Source: Auanema rhodensis (lineage: Eukaryota; Animalia; Nematoda). Taken from it: a stretch of DNA of 64,000 bases. The stretch covers positions 13,268,001 through 13,332,000 of the forward strand of contig OZ059900.1 in NCBI GenBank assembly GCA_964057225.1, written 5' to 3'. Of the stretch, positions 1 through 11,100 are shown in pieces; positions within the stretch are counted from its first letter, which is position 1, and each line of letters starts with the position of its first letter. Both the position numbers and the translations under genes were made by a program. The notes below the pieces were generated by a model. It did no database searches. It was not told where the DNA came from and was given only the letters and a program-made list of their open reading frames with translations.

Positions 1-291
1 TATGATTATATGACACTATAGATGCCAAAGCAGAACAAATTTGAATATGAACATGACGCGTCTTTTACATTATAGTTTGACCGGATAAAGCTTTGTATAG
101 CTTTGTATAGCTTTGTACACTGATCACATATACGGTGATAGACTAGAACAGTTTATAAGTTTCCTGAATAGATTTGGTTTAATTACCCAAGTTAGAGGTA
201 GTATCTCAATCTAACCAGAGAACTTCTGAGTTGGAAATAAATTTTGGAAAGCACACCATGAGTGTGCAATATTGAAAACTGTCTGTCTTAG
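1..291 (+). repeat. Representative long (291-bp) monomer
   Basis: Next unit starts at 292. Contains MluI ACGCGT (56-61), HindIII AAGCTT (88-93), BsrGI TGTACA (114-119), BclI TGATCA (121-126) and SspI AATATT (268-273). Confidence 0.98.
89..118 (+). repeat. Internal 10-bp sub-repeat AGCTTTGTAT-AGCTTTGTAT-AGCTTTGTAC (3 copies in L units, 2 in S units)
   Basis: Read directly in unit 1. The first two-copy unit is 2620-2900. Confidence 0.97.
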
Positions 292-2619
292 TATGATTAT
301 ATGACACTATAGATGCCAAAGCAGAACAAATTTGAATATGAACATGACGCGTCTTTTACATTATAGTTTGACCGGATAAAGCTTTGTATAGCTTTGTATA
401 GCTTTGTACACTGATCACATATACGGTGATAGGCTAGAACAGTTTATAAGTTTCCTGAATAGATTTGGTTTAATTACCCAAGTAAGAGGTAGTATCTCAA
501 TCTAACCAGAGAACTTCTGAGTTGGAAATAAATTTTGGAAAGCACACCATGAGTGTGCAATATTGAAAACTGTCTGTCTTAGTATGATTATATGACACTA
601 TAGATGCCAAAGCAAAACAAATTTGAATATGAACATGACGCGTCTTTTACATTATAGTTTGACCGGATAAAGCTTTGTATAGCTTTGTATAGCTTTGTAC
701 ACTGATCACATATACGGTGATAGACTAGAACAGTTTATAAGTTTCCTGAATAGATTTGGTTTAATTACCCAAGTTTGAGGTAGTATCTCAATCTAACCAG
801 AGAACTTCTGAGTTGGAAATACATTTTGGAAAGCACACCATGAGTGTGCAATATTAAAAACTGTCCGTCTTAGTATGATTATATGACACTATAGATGCCA
901 AAGCAAAACAAATTTGAATGTGAACATGACGCGTCTTTTACATTATAGTTTGACCGGATAAAGCTTTGTATAGCTTTGTATAGCTTTGTACACTGATCAC
1001 ATATACGGTGATAGACTAGAACAGTTTATAAGTTTCCTGAATAGATTTGGTTTAATTACCCAAGTTAGAGGTAGTATCTCAATCTAACCAGAGAACTTCT
1101 GAAATGGAAATACATTTTGGAAAGCACACCATCAGTGTGCAATATTGAAAACTGTCTCTCTTAGTATGATTATATGACACTATAGATGCCAAAGCAAAAC
1201 AAATTTGAATATGAACATGACGCGTCTTTTACATTATAGTTTGACCGGATAAAGCTTTGTATAGCTTTGTATAGCTTTGTACACTGATCACATATACGGT
1301 GATAGACTAGAACAGTTTATAAGTTTCCTGAATAGATTTGGTTTAATTACCCAAGTTAGAGGTAGTATCTCAATCTAACCAGAGAACTTCTGAGTTGGAA
1401 ATAAATTTTGGAAAGCACACCATGAGTGTGCAATATTGAAAACTGTCTGTCTTAGTATGATTATATGACACTATAGATGCCAAAGCAAAACAAATTTGAA
1501 TATGAACATGACGCGTCTTTTACATTATAGTTTGACCGGATAAAGCTTTGTATAGCTTTGTATAGCTTTGTACACTGATCACATATACGGTGATAGACTA
1601 GAACAGTTTATAAGTTTCCTGAATAGATTTGGTTTAATTACCCAAGTTAGAGGTAGTATCTCAATCTAACCAGAGAACTTCTGAGTTGGAAATAAATTTT
1701 GGAAAGCACACCATGAGTGTGCAATATTGAAAACTGTCTGTCTTAGTATGATTATATGACACTATAGATGCCAAAGCAAAACAAATTTGAATATGAACAT
1801 GACGCGTCTTTTACATTATAGTTTGACCGGATAAAGCTTTGTATAGCTTTGTATAGCTTTGTACACTGATCACATATACGGTGATAGACTAGAACAGTTT
1901 ATAAGTTTCCTGAATAGATTTGGTTTAATTACCCAAGTTAGAGGTAGTATCTCAATCTAACCAGAGAACTTCTGAGTTGGAAATAAATTTTGGAAAGCAC
2001 ACCATGAGTGTGCAATATTGAAAACTGTCTGTCTTAGTATGATTATATGACACTATAGATGCCAAAGCAAAACAAATTTGAATATGAACATGACGCGTCT
2101 TTTACATTATAGTTTGACCGGATAAAGCTTTGTATAGCTTTGTATAGCTTTGTACACTGATCACATATACGGTGATAGACTAGAACAGTTTATAAGTTTC
2201 CTGAATAGATTTGGTTTAATTACCCAAGTTAGAGGTAGTATCTCAATCTAACCAGAGAACTTCTGAGTTGGAAATACATTTTGGAAAGCACACCATGAGT
2301 GTGCAATATTAAAAACTGTCTGTCTTAGTATGATTATATGACACTATAGATGCCAAAGCAAAACAAATTTGAATATGAACATGACGCGTCTTTTACATTA
2401 TAGTTTGACCGGATAAAGCTTTGTATAGCTTTGTATAGCTTTGTACACTGATCACATAAACGGCGATAGGCTAGAACAGTTCATAAGTTTACTGGATAGA
2501 TTTGGTTTAATTACCCAAGTTAGAGGTAGTATCTCAATCTAACCAGAGAACTTCTGAGTTGGAAATACATTTTGGAAAGCACACCATGAGTGTGCAATAT
2601 TGAAAACTGTCTCTCTTAG

Positions 2620-2900
2620 TATGATTATATGACACTATAGATGCCAAAGCAAAACAAATTTGAATATGAACATGACGCGTCTTTTACATTATAGTTTGAC
2701 CGGATAAAGCTTTGTATAGCTTTGTACACTGATCACATATACGGCGATAGGCTAGAACAGTTCATAAGTTTACTGGATAGATTTGGTTTAATTACCCAAG
2801 TTAGAGGTAGTATCTCAATCTAACCAGAGAACTTCTGAGTTGGAAATACATTTTGGAAAGCACACCATGAGTGTGCAATATTGAAAACTGTCTGTCTTAG
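2620..2900 (+). repeat. Representative short (281-bp) monomer
   Basis: Unit starts at 2620 and 2901, with only two sub-repeat copies. Confidence 0.97.
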
Positions 2901-5479
2901 TATGATTATATGACACTATAGATGCCAAAGCAAAACAAATTTGAATATGAACATGACGCGTCTTTTACATTATAGTTTGACCGGATAAAGCTTTGTATAG
3001 CTTTGTACACTGATCACATATACGGCGATAGGCTAGAACAGTTCATAAGTTTCCTGAATAGATTTGGTTTAATTACCCAAGTTAGAGGTAGTATCTCAAT
3101 CTAACCAGAGAATTTCTGAGTTGGAAATACATTTTGGAAAGCACACCATGAGTGTGCAATATTGAAAACTGTCTGTCTTAGTATGATTATATGACACTAT
3201 AGATGCCAAAGCAAAACAAATTTAAATATGAACATGACGCGTCTTTTACATTATAGTTTGACCGGATAAAGCTTTGTATAGCTTTGTACACTGATCACAT
3301 ATACGGTGATAGACTAGAACAGTTTATAAGTTTCCTGAATAGATTTGGTTTAATTACCCAAGTTAGAGGTAGTATCTCAATCTAACCAGAGAACTTCTGA
3401 GTTGGAAATACATTTTGGAAAGCACACCATGAGTGTGCAATATTAAAAACTGTCTGTCTTAGTATGATTATATGACACTATAGATGCCAAAGCAAAACAA
3501 ATTTGAATATGAACATGACGCGTCTTTTACATTATAGTTTGACCGGATAAAGCTTTGTATAGCTTTGTACACTGATCACATATACGGCGATAGGCTAGAA
3601 CAGTTCATAAGTTTACTGGATAGATTTGGTTTAATTACCCAAGTTAGAGGTAGTATCTCAATCTAACCAGAGAACTTCTGAGTTGGAAATACATTTTGGA
3701 AAGCACACCATGAGTGTGCAATATTGAAAACTGTCTGTCTTAGTATGATTATATGACACTATAGATGCCAAAGCAAAACAAATTTGAATATGAACATGAC
3801 GCGTCTTTTACATTATAGTTTGACCGGATAAAGCTTTGTATAGCTTTGTATAGCTTTGTACACTGATCACATATACGGTGATAGGCTAGAACAGTTTATA
3901 AGTTTCCTGAATAGATTTGGTTTAATTACCCAAGTAAGAGGTAGTATCTCAATCTAACCAGAGAACTTCTGAGTTGGAAATAAATTTTGGAAAGCACACC
4001 ATGAGTGTGCAATATTGAAAACTGTCTGTCTTAGTATGATTATATGACACTATAGATGCCAAAGCAAAACAAATTTGAATATGAACATGACGCGTCTTTT
4101 ACATTATAGTTTGACCGGATAAAGCTTTGTATAGCTTTGTACACTGATCACATATACGGCGATAGGCTAGAACAGTTCATAAGTTTCCTGAATAGATTTG
4201 GTTTAATTACCCAAGTTAGAGGTAGTATCTCAATCTAACCAGAGAACTTCTGAGTTGGAAATACATTTTGGAAAGCACACCATGAGTGTGCAATATTGAA
4301 AACTGTCTGTCTTAGTATGATTATATGACACTATAGATGCCAAAGCAAAACAAATTTAAATATGAACATGACGCGTCTTTTACATTATAGTTTGACCGGA
4401 TAAAGCTTTGTATAGCTTTGTATAGCTTTGTACACTGATCACATATACGGTGATAGGCTAGAACAGTTTATAAGTTTCCTGAATAGATTTGGTTTAATTA
4501 CCCAAGTAAGAGGTAGTATCTCAATCTAACCAGAGAACTTCTGAGTTGGAAATAAATTTTGGAAAGCACACCATGAGTGTGCAATATTGAAAACTGTCTG
4601 TCTTAGTATGATTATATGACACTATAGATGCCAAAGCAAAACAAATTTGAATATGAACATGACGCGTCTTTTACATTATAGTTTGACCGGATAAAGCTTT
4701 GTATGGCTTTGTATAGCTTTGTACACTGATCACATATACGGTGATAGACTAGAACAGTTTATAAGTTTCCTGAATAGATTTGGTTTAATTACCCAAGTTT
4801 GAGGTAGTATCTCAATCTAACCAGAGAACTTCTGAGTTGGAAATACATTTTGGAAAGCACACCATGAGTGTGCAATATTAAAAACTGTCCGTCTTAGTAT
4901 GATTATATGACACTATAGATGCCAAAGCAAAACAAATTTGAATATGAACATGACGCGTCTTTTACATTATAGTTTGACCGGATAAAGCTTTGTATAGCTT
5001 TGTATAGCTTTGTACACTGATCACATATACGGTGATAGACTAGAACAGTTTATAAGTTTCCTGAATAGATTTGGTTTAATTACCCAAGTTAGAGGTAGTA
5101 TCTCAATCTAACCAGAGAACTTCTGAGTTGGAAATACATTTTGGAAAGCACACCATCAGTGTGCAATATTGAAAACTGTCTCTCTTAGTATGATTATATG
5201 ACACTATAGATGCCAAAGCAAAACAAATTTGAATATGAACATGACGCGTCTTTTACATTATAGTTTGACCGGATAAAGCTTTGTATAGCTTTGTATAGCT
5301 TTGTACACTGATCACATATACGGTGATAGACTAGAACAGTTTATAAGTTTCCTGAATAGATTTGGTTTAATTACCCAAGTTAGAGGTAGTATCTCAATCT
5401 AACCAGAGAACTTCTGAGTTGGAAATAAATTTTGGAAAGCACACCATGAGTGTGCAATATTGAAAACTGTCTGTCTTAG

Positions 5480-5881
5480 TATGATTATATGACACTATAG
5501 ATGCCAAAGCAAAACAAATTTGAATATGAACATGACGCGTCTTTTACATTATAGTTTGACCGGATAAAGCTTTGTATAGCTTTGTATAGCTTTGTACACT
5601 GATCACATATACGGTGATAGACTAGAACAGTTTATAAGTTTCCTGAATAGATTTGGTTTAATTACCCAAGTTAGAGGTAGTACCTCAATCTAACCAGAGA
5701 ACTTCTGAGTTGGAAATAAATTTTGGAATAGGCTAGAACAGTTCATAAGTTTCCTGAATACATTTGGTTTAATTACCCAAGTTAGAGGTAGTATCTCAAT
5801 CTAACCAGAGAACTTCTGAGTTGGAAATACATTTTGGAAAACACACCATGAGTGTGCAATATTGAAAACTGTCTGTCTTAG
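5480..5881 (+). other. Irregular 402-bp unit containing an out-of-register junction (monomer position 249 joined to position 139)
   Basis: 5721-5740 reads TTTTGGAA|TAGGCTAGAACA instead of TTTTGGAAAGCACACC. Unit length is 291+111. Confidence 0.95.
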
Positions 5882-6443
5882 TATGATTATATGGCACTAT
5901 AGATGCCAAAGCAAAACAAATTTGAATATGAACATGACGCTTCTTTTACATTATAGTTTGACCCGATAAAGCTTTGTATAGCTTTGTACACTGATCACAT
6001 ATACGGCGATAGGCTAGAACAGTTCATAAGTTTCCTGAATAGATTTGGTTTAATTACCCAAGTTAGAGGTAGTATCTCAATCTAACCAGAGAACTTCTGA
6101 GTTGGAAATACATTTTGGAAAACACACCATGAGTGTGCAATATTGAAAACTGTCTGTCTTAGTATGATTATATGGCACTATAGATGCCAAAGCAAAACAA
6201 ATTTGAATATGAACATGACGCTTCTTTTACATTATAGTTTGACCCGATAAAGCTTTGTATAGCTTTGTACACTGATCACATATACGGCGATAGGCTAGAA
6301 CAGTTCATAAGTTTCCTGAATAGATTTGGTTTAATTACCCAAGTTAGAGGTAGTATCTCAATCTAACCAGAGAACTTCTGAGTTGGAAATACGTTTTGGA
6401 AAGCACACCATGAGTGTGCAATATTGAAAACTGTCTGTCTTAG

Positions 6444-8169
6444 TATGATTATATGACACTATAGATGCCAAAGCAAAACAAATTTGAATATGAACATGAC
6501 GCGTCTTTTACATTATAGTTTGACCGGATAAAGCTTTGTATAGCTTTGTACACTGATCACATATACGGCGATAGGCTAGAACAGTTCATAAGTTTCCTGA
6601 ATAGATTTGGTTTAATTACCCAAGTTAGAGGTAGTATCTCAATCTAACCAGAGAACTTCTGAGTTGGAAATACATTTTGGAAAGCACACCATGAGTGTGC
6701 AATATTGAAAACTGTCTGTCTTAGTATGATTATATGACACTATAGATGCCAAAGCAAAACAAATTTGAATATGAACATGACGCGTCTTTTACATTATAGT
6801 TTGACCGGATAAAGCTTTGTATAGCTTTGTATAGCTTTGTACACTGATCACATATACGGTGATAGACTAGAACAGTTTATAAGTTTCCTGAATAGATTTG
6901 GTTTAATTACCCAAGTTAGAGGTAGTATCTCAATCTAACCAGAGAACTTCTGAGTTGGAAAAACATTTTGGAAAGCACACCATGAGTGTGCAATATTAAA
7001 AACTGTCTGTCTTAGTATGATTATATGACACTATAGATGCCAAAGCAAAACAAATTTGAATATGAACATGACGCGTCTTTTACATTATAGTTTGACCGGA
7101 TAAAGCTTTGTATAGCTTTGTATAGCTTTGTACACTGATCACATATACGGTGATAGACTAGAACAGTTTATAAGTTTCCTGAATAGATTTGGTTTAATTA
7201 CCCAAGTTAGAGGTAGTACCTCAATCTAACCAGAGAACTTCTGAGTTGGAAATAAATTTTGGAAAGCACACCATGAGTGTGCAATATTAAAAACTGTCTG
7301 TCTTAGTATGATTATATGACACTATAGATGCCAAAGCAAAACAAATTTGAATATGAACATGACGCGTCTTTTACATTATAGTTTGACCGGATAAAGCTTT
7401 GTATAGCTTTGTACACTGATCACATATACGGCGATAGGCTAGAACAGTTCATAAGTTTCCTGAATAGATTTGGTTTAATTACCCAAGTTAGAGGTAGTAT
7501 CTCAATCTAACCAGAGAACTTCTGAGTTGGAAATACATTTTGGAAAGCACACCATGAGTGTGCAATATTGAAAACTGTCTGTCTTAGTATGATTATATGA
7601 CACTATAGATGCCAAAGCAAAACAAATTTGAATATGAACATGACGCGTCTTTTACATTATAGTTTGACCGGATAAAGCTTTGTATAGCTTTGTATAGCTT
7701 TGTACACTGATCACATATACGGTGATAGACTAGAACAGTTTATAAGTTTCCTGAATAGATTTGGTTTAATTACCCAAGTTAGAGGTAGTATCTCAATCTA
7801 ACCAGAGAACTTCTGAGTTGGAAAAACATTTTGGAAAGCACACCATGAGTGTGCAATATTAAAAACTGTCTGTCTTAGTATGATTATATGACACTATAGA
7901 TGCCAAAGCAAAACAAATTTGAATATGAACATGACGCGTCTTTTACATTATAGTTTGACCGGATAAAGCTTTGTATAGCTTTGTATAGCTTTGTACACTG
8001 ATCACATATACGGTGATAGACTAGAACAGTTTATAAGTTTCCTGAATAGATTTGGTTTAATTACCCAAGTTAGAGGTAGTACCTCAATCTAACCAGAGAA
8101 CTTCTGAGTTGGAAATAAATTTTGGAAAGCACACCATGAGTGTGCAATATTAAAAACTGTCTGTCTTAG
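6444..8169 (+). repeat. Tandem duplication of an 863-bp trimer (S-L-L)
   Basis: Units at 6444/6725/7016 match 7307/7588/7879, sharing AAAACATT and TACCTC variants in the same order. Confidence 0.85.
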
Positions 8170-11100
8170 TATGATTATATGACACTATAGATGCCAAAGC
8201 AAAACAAATTTGAATATGAACATGACGCGTCTTTTACATTATAGTTTGACCGGATAAAGCTTTGTATAGCTTTGTATAGCTTTGTACACTGATCACATAT
8301 ACGGTGATAGACTAGAACAGTTTATAAGTTTCCTGAATAGATTTGGTTTAATTACCCAAGTTAGAGGTAGTATCTCAATCTAACCAGAGAACTTCTGAGT
8401 TGGAAAAACATTTTGGAAAGCACACCATGAGTGTGCAATATTAAAAACTGTCTGTCTTAGTATGATTATATGACACTATAGATGCCAAAGCAAAACAAAT
8501 TTGAATATGAACATGACGCGTCTTTTACATTATAGTTTGACCGGATAAAGCTTTGTATAGCTTTGTATAGCTTTGTACACTGATCACATATACGGTGATA
8601 GACTAGAACAGTTTATAAGTTTCCTGAATAGATTTGGTTTAATTACCCAAGTTAGAGGTAGTATCTCAATCTAACCAGAGAACTTCTGAGTTGGAAATAC
8701 ATTTTGGAAAGCACACCATGAGTGTGCAATATTAAAAACTGTCTGTCTTAGTATGATTATATAACACTATAGATGCCAAAGCAAAACAAATTTGAATATG
8801 AACATAACGCGTCTTTTACATTATAGTTTGACCGGATAAAGCTTTGTATAGCTTTGTACACTGATCACATATACGGCGATAGGCTAGAACAGTTCATAAG
8901 TTTACTGGATAGATTTGGTTTAATTACCCAAGTTAGAGGTAGTATCTCAATCTAACCAGAGAACTTCTGAGTTGGAAATACATTTTGAAAAGCCCACCAT
9001 GAGTGTGCAATATTGAAAACTGTCTGTTTTAGTATGATTATATGACACTATAGATGCCAAAGCAAAACAAATTTGAATATGAACATGACGCGTCTTTTAC
9101 ATTATAGTTTGACCGGATAAAGCTTTGTATAGCTTTGTACACTGATCACATATACGGCGATAGGCTAGAACAGTTCATAAGTTTACTGGATAGATTTGGT
9201 TTAATTACCCAAGTTAGAGGTAGTATCTCAATCTAACCAGAGAACTTCTGAGTTGGAAATACATTTTGGAAAGCACACCATGAGTGTGCAATATTGAAAA
9301 CTGTCTGTCTTAGTATGATTATATGACACTATAGATGCCAAAGCAAAACAAATTTGAATATGAACATGACGCGTCTTTTACATTATAGTTTGACCGGATA
9401 AAGCTTTGTATAGCTTTGTATAGCTTTGTACACTGATCACATATACGGCGATAGGCTAGAACAGTTCATAAGTTTACTGAATAGATATGGTTTAATTACC
9501 CAAGTTAGAGGTAGTATCTCAATCTAACCAGAGAACTTCTGAGTTGGAAATACATTTTGGAAAGCACACCATGAGTGTGCAATATTGAAAACTGTCTGTC
9601 TTAGTATGATTATATGACACTATAGATGCCAAAGCAAAACAAATTTGAATATGAACATGACGCGTCTTTTACATTATAGTTAGACCGGATAAAGCTTTGT
9701 ATAGCTTTGTATAGCTTTGTACACTGATCACATATACGGCGATAGGCTAGAACAGTTCATAAGTTTACTGGATAGATATGGTTTAATTACCCAAGTTAGA
9801 GGTAGTATCTCAATCTAACCAGAGAACTTCTGAGTTGGAAATACATTTTGGAAAGCACACCATGAGTGTGCAATATTGAAAACTGTCTGTCTTAGTATGA
9901 TTATATGACACTATAGATGCCAAAGCAAAACAAATTTGAATATGAACATGACGCGTCTTTTACATTATAGTTAGACCGGATAAAGCTTTGTATAGCTTTG
10001 TACACTGATCACATATACGGCGATAGGCTAGAACAGTTCATAAGTTTCCTGGATAGATTTGGTTTAATTACCCAAGTTAGAGGTAGTATCTCAATCTAAC
10101 CAGAGAACTTCTGAGTTGGAAATACATTTTGGAAAGCACACCATGAGTGTGCAATATTAAAAACTGTCTGTCTTAGTATGATTATATGACACTATAGATG
10201 CCAAAGCAAAACAAATTTGAATATGAACATGACTCGTCTTTTACATTATAATTTGACGGGATAAAGCTTTGTATAGCTTTGTATAGCTTTGTACACTGAT
10301 CACATATACGGCGATAGGCTAGAACAGTTTATAAGTTTCCTGAATAGATTTGGTTTAATTACCCAAGTTAGAGGTAGTATCTCAATCTAACCAGAGAACT
10401 TCTGAGTTGGAAATACATTTTGGAAAGCACACCACGAGTGTGCAATATTGAAAACTGTCTGTCTTAGTATGATTATATGACACTATAAATGCCAAAGCAA
10501 AACAAATTTGAATATGAACATGACGCGTCTTTTACATTATAGTTTGACCGGATAAAGCTTTGTATAGCTTTGTATAGCTTTGTACACTGATCACATATAC
10601 GGCGATAGGCTAGAACAGTTCATAAGTTTCCTGGATAGATTTGGTTTAATTACCCAAGTTAGAGGTAGTATCTCAATCTAACCAGAGAACTTCTGAGTTG
10701 GAAATACATTTTGGAAAGCACACCATGAGTGTGCAATATTGAAAACTGTCTGTCTTAGTATGATTATATGACACTATAGATGCCAAAGCAAAACAAATTT
10801 GAATATGAACATGACGCGTCTTTTACATTATAGTTTGACCGGATAAAGCTTTGTATAGCTTTGTACACTGATCACATATACGGCGATAGGCTAGAACAGT
10901 TCATAAGTTTCCTGGATAGATTTGGTTTAATTACCCAAGTTAGAGGTAGTATCTCAATCTAACCAGAGAACTTCTGAGTTGGAAATACATTTTGGAAAGC
11001 ACACCATGAGTGTGCAATATTAAAAACTGTCTGTCTTAGTATGATTATATGACACTATAGATGCCAAAGCAAAACAAATTTGAATATGAACATGACGCGT

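Larger units (their letters stand above)
1..8751. repeat. Left haplotype domain (units 1-30), rich in the GGTGATAGAC / GTTTAT / CCTGAAT / ATAAATTTT variants
   Basis: The GGTGATA allele is frequent here and last seen near 8595. Downstream units read GGCGAT or GGCGAG. Confidence 0.85.

Noticed and set aside
11-22. TGACACTATAGA matches 12 nt of the phage SP6 promoter (ATTTAGGTGACACTATAGAA) and is followed by MluI, HindIII, BsrGI and BclI sites, suggesting a vector concatemer
   Set aside because: The upstream promoter bases do not match and no other vector sequence is present. The nested, lineage-structured variation indicates natural satellite evolution.
54-168. Transcription-factor-like motifs (ACGCGT MCB-like, TGACG, GATA, TTCCTGAA)
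   Set aside because: Short words expected by chance, with no gene context to support a regulatory role.
195-203. A let-7 microRNA gene
   Set aside because: Only 9-10 contiguous nt match, the rest of the mature sequence is not adjacent, and no precursor hairpin is present. Kept only as a speculative seed-site observation.
251-267. Selective conservation of the GCACAC/GTGTGC hairpin stem
   Set aside because: Variants hit the loop (CACGA, CATCA, CAGGA) but also the stem (CCACAC, ACACAC, GCCCAC), with no compensatory changes.
1-291. Tandem RNA gene cluster (5S rRNA, tRNA, snRNA, spliced leader)
   Set aside because: I recognise no 5S, tRNA cloverleaf, A/B box or snRNA sequence. An Rfam/Infernal scan of a consensus dimer would be the formal test.
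1-291. Coding tandem repeat (291 bp = 97 codons)
   Set aside because: The ORF track shows no long ORF in any frame, and the 281-bp units would shift the frame.
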